Part shown: positions 36,722 to 49,201 of the stretch, in pieces | How positions within the stretch are numbered: the first letter of the stretch is position 1 | Layout of the letters: every line of letters begins with the position of its first letter | Position numbers and translations under genes: made by a program | Assembly (NCBI GenBank): GCA_951406725.2 | Contig: OX597841.1 | Coordinates: forward strand, 7,998,001-8,062,000 | Direction of reading: 5' to 3' | DNA: 64,000 bases | From: Octopus vulgaris | Taxonomy: Eukaryota | The notes under the pieces: model-generated | Database searches by the model: none | What the model saw: only the letters and a program-made list of their open reading frames with translations | Told to the model about the DNA's origin: nothing

Positions 36722-38995
36722 ACTCATCATCATTATCATCATTATCATTTAACATCCATTTTCCATTCTGGCATGGGTGGAATGGTTTGAGTGAGGTCTG
36801 GAGAGTCAGTAGCTGCACCAGGCTCCAATCTGATCTGCCATTGTTTCTACAGCAGGATGCCCTTCCTAATGCTAACCTCTCTGAGAGTGTAGTGGGGGCC
36901 ATCAGCACAGGTGCCAGTTAGGTGGGCCTGGCATTGATCATGTTCAGATAGTACTTTTTACGTGCCACCAGCACAGGAGCCAGTCAGGGGTTTCTGGCAT
37001 CGGCCACATTTGGATGGTGTTTTTACATGCCACCAGCATAGGAGCCAGTCATGCGATCCTGGAATCAATCACGTTCAGATAGTGCTTTTTATGTGCCACT
37101 GATACGGGAGCCAGTCAGAGGGTACTAGCATCAACCTCGTTTGGATGATGTTTTTTATGCTCCACCAGCATGGGAGCCAATTAGGCAGACCTGGCATTGA
37201 CCACGTTCAGATGGTGTTTTTTACATGCTACCAGCATGAGAGTCAGTGAGAGGACACTGGCATAGACCATGTTCAGATGGTGCATTTTATGTGCCACGGG
37301 AACAGGAGCCAGTCAGGAGGCACTGGGCACAGCTACAATTTTAGTTTTACTTGACTCAACAGGACTTCTCAAGCATAGCATATCACCCAACGCATCAAGG
37401 GTACTCTTAAATGGACTGGACATGCAACACTGGCATCGGCCATGGCAGTGATCTCACTTCAGTTGCCAGGTTTTCTCAATCACAGCATATCTCCAAAGGT
37501 CTTAGTCTCCTGTCATTGCCACTATGAGGCCCAGTGTTCAAAGGTCATGCTTCACCACCTCATCATATGTCTTCCCGAGTCTACCTCTACCACAGGTTCC
37601 TTCCACAGTTAGGGTGTGGCACTTCCTCACACAACTGTGCTCATCCTTATGTAACACATGACCATATCAGCGGTGTCGTCTCTCTTGCACACCACATCTG
37701 ATGTTTCTTATGTCCAACTTTTCTCTCAGGGTGCTTACATTCTGTCATATATGCACACTGGCATTACACATCCAGTGGACCATACTAGCTTAATTTCTTT
37801 CAAGCCTACGCATGTCCTCTACATTCATAGCCCATGTTTCACTGCTGTGTAGCATGGCAGTTCGCACACATGCATCATACAGTCTACCTTTCACCCTGAG
37901 TGAGAGGCCCTTAGTTGCCAGCAAAAATAGGAGCTCTCTGAACTTTTCCCAGGCTATTCTTATTCTAGCCATGACAATGTCAGAGCAACCACCCCACTAC
38001 AGATTTGGTTGCCTAGTTAGCGGAAGATATCAACTACTTCTAGTATTCCCTCCTTACATGTGATGGAATATGTTTTCTGTACATATTCAGTGTTTAATGC
38101 TCCTGTGTTTAATCTTCAGTGTTTAATGCACAAAAACTATCTTCCCAGTTAACCTTCCTTTGATATTGCTGCACCTTTTATGTGTCCATTGATTACATCG
38201 GGTACATCATATGGAGTTTCTACCTATGCATTTTCTAAAGATTGAGCAGGGCCATCTACCCGAAGTGGTTTGTGATTTTTCATCCTCCTTACTTACAAAA
38301 ACTTTGGTTTTTGCTAGGTTAACCCTAAGGCTCTTCAATTCTAGACCTTGCTTCCACACCCTAAACTCTGTCTCTAGTTCTAGCAGTGACTCGGCTATTA
38401 GAGCATGGTCATCAGCATAGAGGAGCCTGTCTTGAATTCCTCTGTTATTGCCTGGTGGACTATAATGAATAAGAGGGGACTGAGGACTGATCCCTGGTGA
38501 ACCTGTACTTCTACCTGGAATTATCCACTATACTCGTTGCCAACTCTCATCTTACTGACTGCATCCCTGTACAGCTCTTATCAACCACTTGTCCATCCTC
38601 AGTTTTCCCATTGACCATCAGATAAGGTATCAGGGGACCCTGTTATAAGCTTTCTCCAAGTCAACAAAAGCCAAGTACAGAGGTTTATATTTGGCCAGAT
38701 ATTTCTCCTGCAGTTGCCTTACCAGAGATATAGCATCAGTGGTGCTTCTGCTTGGCACAAAACCAAACTGCATCTTATCTAGGCTAACTCTCTCCATAAT
38801 TAGTTGGGCTGTGACCCTCCCCGTAACTTTCATCACCTGATCCAATAATCTGAAACTACCTGATTTACGATGTGGATGACAAGACCATAATCCACACCAC
38901 CTGATATTTTAAGCATCTCAGCAGTGATTACTTATGGGACAGGTGCTTCTCCTGTTTTCATATCCTTAATTGCTTTATCTACCAGGGTACTATCA
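36722..38995 (-). mobile_element. RTE LINE, RT plus 3' UTR with ~7 tandem ~63-bp units, decayed
   Basis: QFGFVPSRSTTDAI...LYLAFVDLEKAYNRVP, LLYADD and RIRIAWEKFRELL. Tandem array at 36890-37330 and an (ATG)n tail. Confidence 0.9.
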
Positions 38996-39279
38996 ATTTT
39001 TATAGTGTTTCATTTTATTACACTTCTGTTTTCCTTTCCACCACACATTTAATTCAACAAAAATGTCTTTCCATTATAATCCCCTAAAAGCAATAGATTT
39101 CTCAGCTCATGTTGCACATCCAACAAATGGTATTAATCTAATGCCTACCAGTGCTCATATCATGTTTCCATGCATCATTCAAATCCCCACAAATACACCA
39201 AGCAATATGCCTCTTAAACAAAGCTGCAAATTTTTGAATTTTTTGTATTCAATTGCAACCAAAGTTGTTATAGAGTCAC

Positions 39280-40830
39280 TAGAAATGGAGAAAGCCTTTG
39301 ACAAGATCCCCTGCTCCTTAATCTGGTAGCCAATGTAGAAGCTAGTGATAGATGAGTGCTTGGTGAGAGCCATACAAGCCATGTACAGGGACGCTGTCAG
39401 TAAGGTGAAAGTTGGCAATGAGAAGAGTAATGGATTTTGTGTACAGTTAGGTATTCATCAAGGGTGGAGGCGCAATGGCCCAGTGGTTAGGGCAGCGGAC
39501 TTGCGGTCATAGGATCGCGGTTTCGATTCCCAGACCGGGCATTGTGAGTGTTTATTGAGCGAAAACACCTAAAGCTTCACAAGGCTCCTGCAGGGGGTGG
39601 TGGTGAACCCTGCTGTACTCTTTCACCACAACTTTCTCTCACTCTTTCTTCCTGTTTCTGTTGTACCTGTATTTCAAAGGGCCAGCCTTGTCACACTCTG
39701 TGTTACGCTGAATCTCCTCGAGAACTACGTTAAGTGTACGCGTGTCTGTGGAATGCTCAGCCACTTGCACGTTAATTCCACGAGCAAGCTGTTCCGTTGA
39801 TCGTATCAGCTGGGACCCTCATCGTCGTAACCGACGGAGTGCTCCTCCTTCACCAAGGATCAGTTCTTAGCTTCCTCTTCTTTATCATAGTCCTCCAGGC
39901 CATAACAGAAGAATTTAAGACTGATTGCCTTTGGGAGCTCATCTATGCTGATGAGCTTGTTCTTATAGCTGAATCTCTACTAGAATTGTAAAAGAAATTT
40001 CAGGTGTGGAGACAAGGTCTGGAATCAAAGGGCCTTAGAATTATTTAAGCAAAGACCAAAGTCCTAGTAAGTAGGAAAGCAGACAAGTTATTAATCTCTT
40101 CAGGGAGACAGCTGTTCTTGATATGCAGAAAAGGTAGAGGTAGAAATTCCATAAATTGTACTCAGTGTAGCACACAAGAAATACTGCAGTATCATAGGAA
40201 GTTTAACAGAAAAACTAGTCTTTGTGTGTCACAGGTAAGCAGGTACAATAAAAACTAAGAATGTATGAAGTAGGTGGGCAGTTCTTTACAAGTGTAGATA
40301 GCTTCCATTACCTTGATGACCAAGTTAACAGTGGAGGAGAATGCTCTGAAAATGTAGTTGCTAGAATAAGAATGTGCTGGGCAATGTTGCAGGTAACAAA
40401 AGGCCTCTCTCTCAGAGTGAAAGGTAGAATGGATGATGCCTATGTATGGATAGTGACAGTGAAACATGGGCTGTGACTGCAGAGGGTGAGTGAAGGCTTG
40501 AAAGAAATGAAGCCAGCCTATTCCAGTGGATGTGCAATGTCAGTGTGCATGTACAATAGAGTGTAAGCATTTTGAGAAAAAAATTGGGTATAAGTGGCAA
40601 CAGATGCAGTGTGCAAGAGAGAAGACTGTACTGGTACAGTCGTGTGATGCATATGGCTGAGGACAGCTGCATAAAGAAGTGCTGATCTGTAAACTTTTAA
40701 ATGAGGTAAACTGAGGAAGATACGAGACAAAGTGGTGAGAAATGATCTTCAGATGTTGAGCCTCACACAGGAGATGACAAAGGACCGAGACTTCTGGTGA
40801 TTTGTTGTGCTTGAGAAGATATGTCAAACT
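39280..40830 (+). mobile_element. RTE LINE RT fragment, decayed, interrupted by a SINE
   Basis: EKAFDKIP...HQGSVLSFLFFIIV...LIYADELVL...LSLRVKGR. Confidence 0.88.
39464..39848 (+). mobile_element. Young tRNA-derived SINE with target-site duplication
   Basis: A box tggcccagtgg, B box ggtttcgattcc. TSD ttcatcaagg (39454-39463) / ttcaccaagg (39849-39858). An older copy lies at ~41480-41770. Confidence 0.9.
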
Positions 40831-41223
40831 AAGTAAAATTGTGGCCGTCCATACATACAGGCATGTCCTTTATGGCCGTGCCTTCCTCTCACACTCACCA
40901 ATGTAATCTGTCCTTTGTCAAAATTCCCCCACTACCCATCTTCCAAATACCTCCCCTTCATTCCAACAACCATAATCCCCATTTGCTGTAGTCACATCCA
41001 CTCTATCTCAAATACCTAACTGCACACACTACATGCCCTCACATATCAATCACACTACCTCCCAACCATTCCAGTTTAAATTTCTCTCACCATTACCTCC
41101 TAAAGTCACCTCATCCTCATCTCTCTAAACATTTCCCCTCACACTTTTGTAGAACATCCACTTTCTATTCTCTTCGGACTACTACTACTCCCCACCAGAT
41201 TCCGATGCAACTTCAACACCATC

Positions 41224-41264
<41 letters not shown>

Positions 41265-44200
41265 CTTTGAATGTCTCTTCTTTTCTCTCTCTTCTTTTTT
41301 CCTGCTGGAGTAGCCAAGTATCTCTTCCATAGTAAGATATTTATCTCTATTCCCCTATCATATTCTAATCTCTCACTTGGCACTAAGCTACTTCCCTCAG
41401 TTCCACTTCCTCTCCCAACTGAGAGGTCTCACAAGTTACTTGGCAACCCCACTGGTGCTGGTGCCACATGTGAAGGTGCATGGCTTAGTGGTTAGTGTAT
41501 TTGGCTCATGATAATAAAACTGTTAGTTTGACTCCCAACAGTACATTGCATCCTTGAGCAAGATGCTTCAATATCATGTTGCTCCAATCACTGGGTTGAC
41601 AAAAATTAATTGTACCTGTAATTCAAAGGGCCAGCCTTGCCACATTCATTGTCACACTGAATCTCTCTGTGGAGTGCTTAGTCACTTGTATGGTAATTTC
41701 ATGAGCAGGCTGTTCCAATGACCCAATCAACTGGAACACTCATCACCATTACCAATGGAGTGCCAGTTGGTGCCATATAAAAAAAGTCATCAGTGCTGGT
41801 GTTGCATTAAAAGCACCCAGTACACTCTGTAAGGTGGCAGGCATTAGGAAGAGCAATCAGCCATAGAAACCATGGCAAATCAAACAATTGGGCCTGGTGC
41901 AGCTCTCTGGCTTGCCAGCTTTTATGAAACCATCCAACCCATGCCAACATCAAAGACAGACATCAAAATGATGATGAGGGCAATTTATATCCTTCTAATA
42001 AGGATGTGTTCATTCTGTTAATGCTTTAGAAATGTTTCTAATCATTCTTCTCTGTGACTGCACAGACATAACTGTAGTTATGTAATGTAGTGTTGAATAT
42101 TTCAGCATTTTACACAGTGACAGCACAGTAAAAACAATATGTCCGTCGGGTTACACTAATGATTTCAAACCCACGCAATGATGTGGCAATCTTTTCTGGG
42201 GAAAGTGGAAGTGCATGCCGAAATTGTGTGTACTTGTAACTGCTGGCTAAGGTCCCCTAATCAGCCTCATCTAAGCATTATAATTCTTGAATTTTAACAT
42301 ATGATTTCAGAACTATTTTTCATAAGAAAAGTTCTTATTGCAGAATCTGTCAAAAGCTATAAATTAGGAAAAGAATAAGGAGACTAAGGCCAATATAGCA
42401 TTTGCAGTTTGTTAAATTGGATAATAAATTGAATTCCTGCCATTTCATATAGTGATATAAATTGTTTGTAACTATCCCAGAATACTTTATAAATATGGTC
42501 TACACTAGGAGTGAGGAGCTCATCACCTGATTTTAAATTTGAAATTACTCAATGAGAAAATCTATAAAGATCCATATGAAAAAATTTAAATAGTAATGTA
42601 ATATACATAGCATATCTATGAATTTGAAAGATTCATTAATTTTCTCAGTAAAAATGTACCTCAGAAATTCTTATACACCTTTCAATTTACTTTTCATACT
42701 GAACAGTTCCCCCAACTCTTCCTTATGCCATTGGTCTTTGATTAATGAAAACCACAGATGAACCATCATCTTCAAGCAATCTACATGCATGGAACTGTTT
42801 CTAACTTGGTGTGACCAATGTTATCCTGTCTCAGACAGGTTCTGAATTTTTCTAACTTTTTCTACTTAGTGCTGCTTTGTAATGACTTGACATCATTTAA
42901 CTTGCAATAACTGCATTAATTCCAAATATTCTGTTCTATGACAAAAAAAAAAAAAAGAACATTGCTGCTGTCATTTCACATCTGTTATCTATACTGGCAT
43001 GGTGAACTGTTTGACAGGAGCTGGTAAGTCTGGGAGCCACATCAAGCTTTAGTGTCTGTTTTCGCATGGTTTATACAACTGGATCTCCTTCCTAGTGCTA
43101 AGTGTCCAACTGACAGATTTATTAAATCTCCATGAACATTGTATAGGGAATCATATAAATCAAAATAACTTAAGAGATTTAACCAATTTGGACCAGTAGA
43201 AAGGCCAAAAAGAGGTAATATTTCAGTATTTATATGCATTCGTTCACTGTTTCCCTATTTCAGCAAAAATGCCTTACTACATTTAAAACAACTCCACTTA
43301 AACTACATAGAAAATATTTAAATAAACACACTAAAAATAGGTTAGTTAATCAACCTGAAAACTTCACTAAAACTGAGGGAGTAGTTTCCCAATATAAGTT
43401 TTGCCATCTTCACACCCTACTCCAACAAACCAAACTACATCTCTCCTCTTACTCACATTTCCTCTTTTAATGCACTATGCTTATCTCTTGCTCCCCAGTT
43501 CTGTCCACACTGCACTGCTCACAGTATCATTACTATCCTGTTGTCCCCTACCCACTCTATATGCCCAGGTTTTACCAGTCACTGCATACCCCACCCCCAC
43601 ACACCTTGCATTCACTCTCTATACATGTACCTTGGCAACTCCCTCCCTTTTATATTCTGACCCCATGTCTTTAGAGCATACTCTTCCAATTTGCTACCAC
43701 TGATCTCCTTGTGGCTCTCCTCTACCATCCCATTTATATTCTGATCCCCATTCCTTATGAGCATGCTCTGGTGCTTTACCACTATCTCTCTCCTGCTCTC
43801 TTGCACTCTCTTTCTCTTTCTCCTGCTCTCTTGCACTCTCCCTCTTTCTTTTGCTCTCTTTCACTCCCTTTCTCTATTCCTTAGACTGGTTAACTATGTA
43901 TCGGTTCTACAGCAACACACCCACTATTGGCCTCAATCTTGATCACTCCTTCTCTCTCCTTCTGACTGGGTAACCATGTATCACCTCTACAGCAACACAT
44001 CTATTTGTTTCTCTGTCATACACTAACCTTTCATCATCTGGCACAAGATCACCTCCAATGCCACATCCTCTCTCAAAGGATTTTTATCTTACAAGTTATT
44101 TGGTGACTCTGTTAGTGTTGGTGCCACATAAAAAGCATCCATTCCACACTGTAAAGTGGTTGGCATTTGGAAGAGCATCCAACTGTAAAAAAAAAAAACA

Positions 44201-44628
44201 TGCTAAAACTGATCTCAGTTGTGCTGGTGTCACATAAGCATTCAGTCCATTCAGTGGAGTGGTTGATGTTAGGAAGGGCACCTAGTCATAAAAATCATGT
44301 CAAAACAGAAAGCATAGCATGGTGCAGTCTTCCGCTTAGTGACCTCTAGTCAAAATGTCCAACCCATGCCAACATGGAAAGCAGATGTTAAATGATGATG
44401 ATGATAATGATGATTTCTGAAAGGAAAATTATTTGTACTTACAAGTGTAATACTGAGCAAGAAACAAAGCTAAACTAGAGCCCCTGACATTAAAACCCAG
44501 AGCTGACTATAACACTTAAACTGAAAGTAGAACTTTAAGTACTTTATGAATATATTAATAAATTATAAACAATTCTGTATAACATAAAATAACATTTTAA
44601 ATGATTAAAGAAGCATGTAACAACTTAC

Positions 44629-44937
44629 TCTTATATCTCAAAGTAAAAACAACAGTTTCTTTTCCTATGGAGTTTTCCACTGTTAAGGTATAAGTACCAA
44701 TAGCATCATCTTTGATGTCTTCTATCTTTAAACTAGTACAGCTTCCTTTGAAAGGAAACTCATCTTGTAAATAATCAGTTATTAAATATTTGTTTGAGTC
44801 AATTGATTCCTCATTTTTCTGCCATTTTACATCAGATTTTGGATGCGAATAAAAACACTGTTTGAAAATTACAGTTTCTCCATTTGAAACATTTCTCTTT
44901 TTTGGACCATTTGATCCTGAACTGAACATGGCTTTCA
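44629..44937 (-). CDS. Ig-superfamily receptor, membrane-proximal Ig (I-set-like) exon
   Basis: Acceptor ttttccaccag|TG, donor AAGA|gtaagt, 309 nt, phase 1-1. Translates VKAMFSSGSNGPKKRNVSNGETVIFKQCFYSHPKSDVKWQKN...GSCTSLKIEDIKDDAIGTYTLTVENSIGKETVVFTLRYK. Confidence 0.92.
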
Positions 44938-45429
44938 CTGGTGGAAAAAATAATAAAATATTAAAAGAGAAAATACACATGTACTAGAAATTAAATATTT
45001 TCTGAAAATAACAATAAATATTCTAAATTATCAATTGAAGATTATCATAAGTTTTTGGAAAAAATAAGATGAAATAATCCTTTCTACTATAGGCAAAAAG
45101 GCCTGGAATTTTGGGGAAGGGGCTAGTCAATTATATTGAGCCCAGTGCTTCACAGGAACTTATTTTATCAATTCCAAAAGAATGAAAGGCAAAGCAGGCT
45201 TTGGTAGAATTTGAACTCAGACTGTGATGCACATGGCAGTATAACCAAGCACTTAGAGTACTGACTGATGCAGTGGTGGAGAGGGTAATGTGAATTAGCA
45301 ATGACAAAAGGCCACAAGTAGTGGGGCATGGGAAGATAAAGGTTGCAAGCCAGCCACTGTAAGGAAGAAGAATGATTGAAATGGGGAGTTAGGATCTTTC
45401 CGTTGATTCTGATGGTAAATATCACTTGG

Positions 45430-45800
45430 TAAATATCACTTGTCACTTTTTACCATCAAGAGACTTGACCTTGTCAAATGGTGCCAAGAAAAAAAGATGG
45501 TAAAGATGGTAGAGCGGACAGTTTCCTAGGAAGGAGACATTGAAAATGCTCTCCTCAGGAAAGAAAATATATGTTGTTTAAACTTTGTGAAAACAATGGA
45601 AGAGAGGTAATATACCTTCCTGTAGAGACAAGTGTCAGAGGATTTGTTGGAATCAGGGTTCACTTGATGCTCGGGAGTTTTGGACTAGGTGCAAATGACA
45701 CGAAAGATGTTACTAGAAAATTGCCGGAAGTTGTCAAGAAAGCAACTTATTATATCTTCCTGAGGAGAGAGCATGAGTGATGAAGCAAGAATTAGCAATG
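45430..45800 (+). mobile_element. Decayed RLE-type non-LTR 3' fragment (NeSL/HERO-like)
   Basis: CENNGREVIYLPVETSVRGFVG resembles the PVEVG.RGF endonuclease tail. Confidence 0.4.
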
Positions 45801-45979
45801 AGGATGGTAGAAATAACTGATCCAGAGTTGCAACATCTGATCACCAAAGCTTGTGCTGTTGCATGCTTATGTTGTTGTTTACACCAGTAGGTGGCCCTGG
45901 ACAGTTCTAGTGTCATGATAGAAAGGGCTGAAACACCTACAGAGCTGCTTTACTGCCCAAAAAGTGGTTGAGGAACCTG

Positions 45980-46705
45980 TGGAATAGGTAGACCCAGAAA
46001 GACCTGGGATGAGGTAGTGAAGCATGACCTTCGAACATTAGGCCTCACCAAGGCAATAACTAGTGACCGGGACCTTTGGAAATATGCTGTGCTTGAGAAG
46101 ACTCGGCAAGCTCAAGTGAGACCATAACCTTGTAATTTATGACAGGGGTGTAACCAGCCCACTTATGCATACCTTTCCTTCACTGGACACTATTCTCCAC
46201 TTGCGAAGACCTGTTGAGGCAAATGATATTGAAATCAAATTCAATGACTGGCATCCATGCCAGTGGAGCGCTAAGAGTACCATACGAGGATGATCGTTGC
46301 CAGAGCAACAAGCTAGCCTCCATGCCGATGGCACGTAAAAAGCACCATTCGAGTGTGATCATTACCTGCGTCGCCTTACTGGCACTTGTGCTGGTGGCAC
46401 GTGAAAAACATTTGAGCAAGGTCATTGCCAGAGCCACTGGACTGGCTCTCGTGCATGTGGCACATAAAAAGCACCATTTGAGCGAGGCAGCTGCCAGTAC
46501 CACCTGACTGGCCCTCATGCCGGTGGCACGTAAAAAGCACCCACTACACTCTCGGAGTGGTTGGCGTTAGGAAGGGCATCCAGCTGTAGAAACTCTGCCA
46601 GATCAGATTGGAGTGTGGTGCAGCCATCTGGTTCACCAGACCTCAGTCAAATCGTCTAACCGATGCTAGCATGGAAAGCGGTTGTTAAACGATGATGATG
46701 ATAAT
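45980..46705 (+). mobile_element. RTE LINE 3' end with tandem-repeat 3' UTR
   Basis: GRPRKTWDEVVKHDL, followed by repeated ggcacgtaaaaagcacc units and a gttaaacgatgatgatg tail. Confidence 0.85.
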
Positions 46706-47525
46706 GAATTTAAAACTACAAGTCAAGTGAACAACGTCAAGTGATGTATAGAAGTGGATAACTTGGTTTGATGATTATTTTTATAGATGTGGCCAAAGAC
46801 AAGACACTACTGTGTAAAATAAAGAGGAAGGTTTTTCAAAGGATTCAAATTGATATAATCTGTACAAGATATCAATTGAGAAATTTTGAGATTTATGTAA
46901 GTTAGAATGGGATTATCACTATGTGATATTGTCTCAGATATCACCTTGAGATTATTATTTCCAAGTGACTAATCCATTACAAAGTTTGAAATTTATGCTC
47001 AAAGATCACTTAATCAAAAATGAAGAAATATGCAATTATGTGCATCATCTCTAATAAAGACAATCTCTACAATGCTACTCAGAAACAGCCTATTGGTTTC
47101 ACAGCCAATATTTCTAAGATTATGATGATTCATCACCTCCTACTTTAACTTTGATCTCAAGACATCTGAAGATATATAAAACTAGGTCTCCTAGAAACCA
47201 TTACCTTTATGTCACAAAGTGGCTTTCATGAAGGTCTAAACAGCATACAAACATTTCTCTTCTTTCTAAAGCTAACAAATATAATATGATATAGAATTTA
47301 AATGAAAACTCTATGTTACTAAAAGTTTTAGGAAGATCTTTGAAAAATAAATAATTTATTGCCAAAAAGGAAACTAACACCATATGTATCTCTTTATAAT
47401 TTGAAATAACAACAAATATTTTATGCTCTTGGTCTATAATTTAATTCATATGCTTCCAATTAATGTGAAAAAATGCTTTCAGTTCTTTTTTGGAAATATT
47501 GATGACAATCACTTTATTAAAACAA

Positions 47526-48738
47526 CTGAGTTGACAACTAAGTTCCTGCAGTCTTTTAAATTTTGGAATTTATTGCATTTTTAAATTTTGGAATCTATTT
47601 TTTTGTTTCTAGTTAATCTTAGAAACTGAAATGTCAAGTTAAGAGAAACGAGCATTTTCAATACCTGCTTCTTTTTGCTTTTAATCAAGGCCGCAAAAGC
47701 TACTCGTGATATTTGTGCTGTGTATGGAGAGGGTACCATAGCTGAAAAAGCCACTCATGATACGTATGCCAAGTTCAAAAATGGAAATTTTGACCTTTAA
47801 GACATACCTTGTTCTGGCCGTCCAGTTGAGTTTGATGTAGATCGATTAAACCAACTTTTGCACGAAAATTCTCGTGAAATGACAAGGGAACTGGCAGAGA
47901 AAATGGAATGCTCTCACACTGCTATAGAGAAGCATCTTCACTCGATGGGAAAGGTTCAGAAGTATGGAGCATGGGTTTTTGCATGTTCTAAGTGACAACA
48001 ACAAAAATTAACAAGCCACAATCTCCACTGGTTTCCTTGCTCATCACCGCTCAACTCAAAGACACAAGCAACGATTTCTTTACTGAATCGTTACTGGCGA
48101 TGAAAAATAGTGCCTGAACATCAATATGAAACAGCGTAAGGTATGGCTTAACCCCGGTAAACAAGTGACACTGCGTGTAAAACAAGATCTTCATCAGCGT
48201 AAAATGATGTTGTGTATATGGTGGGACTGGGAAGGAATTATCCATTACGAATTGATTGAATGGAACCAAACAGTCAATGTTGAACTCTATGTTCAACAGA
48301 TGGAACAACTCAACATGGCTATCCAAGAGAAAAGACATAATCAGCAGCATAAAGCTCTTCTGCTGCATGACAACACCCACCCTCATATCGCCAAAATGAC
48401 CAAGGTAGGCGTTCAAATGCATGGCTGAGAAGTGCTGCTACACCCACCATACTCTCCTAATTTGGCACCAATGGATTTCCACCTCTTTCTATCTCTTTCA
48501 AATGCTATGTGTAGAGTTTTGTTCAATAATGTTACAGAATTGAGAGCTTGAATCAATTTTTTGAGCCGAAATCGGGTGATTTCTACCAACGAGGTATTGA
48601 AAAATCTTGTTGAACATTGGGAAGAAGTAGTAAACAACAAGGGTGAATGCATTATTGATCAATTAGTTGTTATTTTTAATTAAACCTGTTAAAAAATTTA
48701 AATTTAAAAAAACGGCAGGAACTTAGTTGCCAACCCAA
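47526..48738 (+). mobile_element. mariner (DD34D) transposon, full length, inactivated
   Basis: TIRs gttgacaactaagttcctgc / gcaggaacttagttgccaacccaa-TA. Motifs IVTGDEK, MLCIWWDWEGIIHYEL, LHDNTHPH and HPPYSPNLAPMDFHLF, with stops. Confidence 0.93.
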
Positions 48739-48949
48739 TACAATTCTTCAGTATTTATATCTCAAACAATTCCTGAAAATTATAATTTAAAATTATCAAT
48801 TTTATTGATACACATAAAAAGAAACAAAGTCCAACAATATACTAATGGGATAAAATTAAATAAATAACTGAACAATTTTACCATTATAAAAATTAAAAGT
48901 GAATTGTAAATATGTTTCAAAAATAATTGTGGCTTTGTAAAATACTTGC

Positions 48950-49201
48950 CTGGAATTTTGTAGTTTGATGACTTAGTCACATTAAAATCTTCATTGATTA
49001 CATGACACTCCCATGTACCAGTATTATTGAAGGAAGGATTGTTTATAGATAATTCTTCTTCATTATAAGTATTCTTAGTGGTGTTTCCCCATTTTTGCTT
49101 CAGTTCATATTTATGATTTGCTGGATTTCCACCAGATGCAGTGCAACTAATTATTATTTTATTTGTCTTTTTTGAAATATTAAAGTTTACTTGAGGAGGA
49201 T
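48950..49201 (-). CDS. Ig-superfamily receptor, Ig-domain exon with non-canonical GC donor
   Basis: Acceptor ttttttaag|AT, donor CAG|gcaagt, 252 nt, phase 1-1. Translates YPPQVNFNISKKTNKIIISCTASGGNPANHKYELKQKWGNTTKNTYNEEELSINNPSFNNTGTWECHVINEDFNVTKSSNYKIP (Ig Cys...L-x-I...TGTWEC). The ORF track shows only its last few codons. Confidence 0.9.

Noticed and set aside
36890-37330. CRISPR-like repeat/spacer appearance (also 16795-17050)
   Set aside because: The 'spacers' are homologous to each other, the array lies inside an RTE 3' UTR, the context is eukaryotic and there are no cas genes.
39464-39540. tRNA gene (also 4460-4538)
   Set aside because: A/B boxes are followed by a SINE body, and the 39464 copy has a TSD. 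These are SINE heads.
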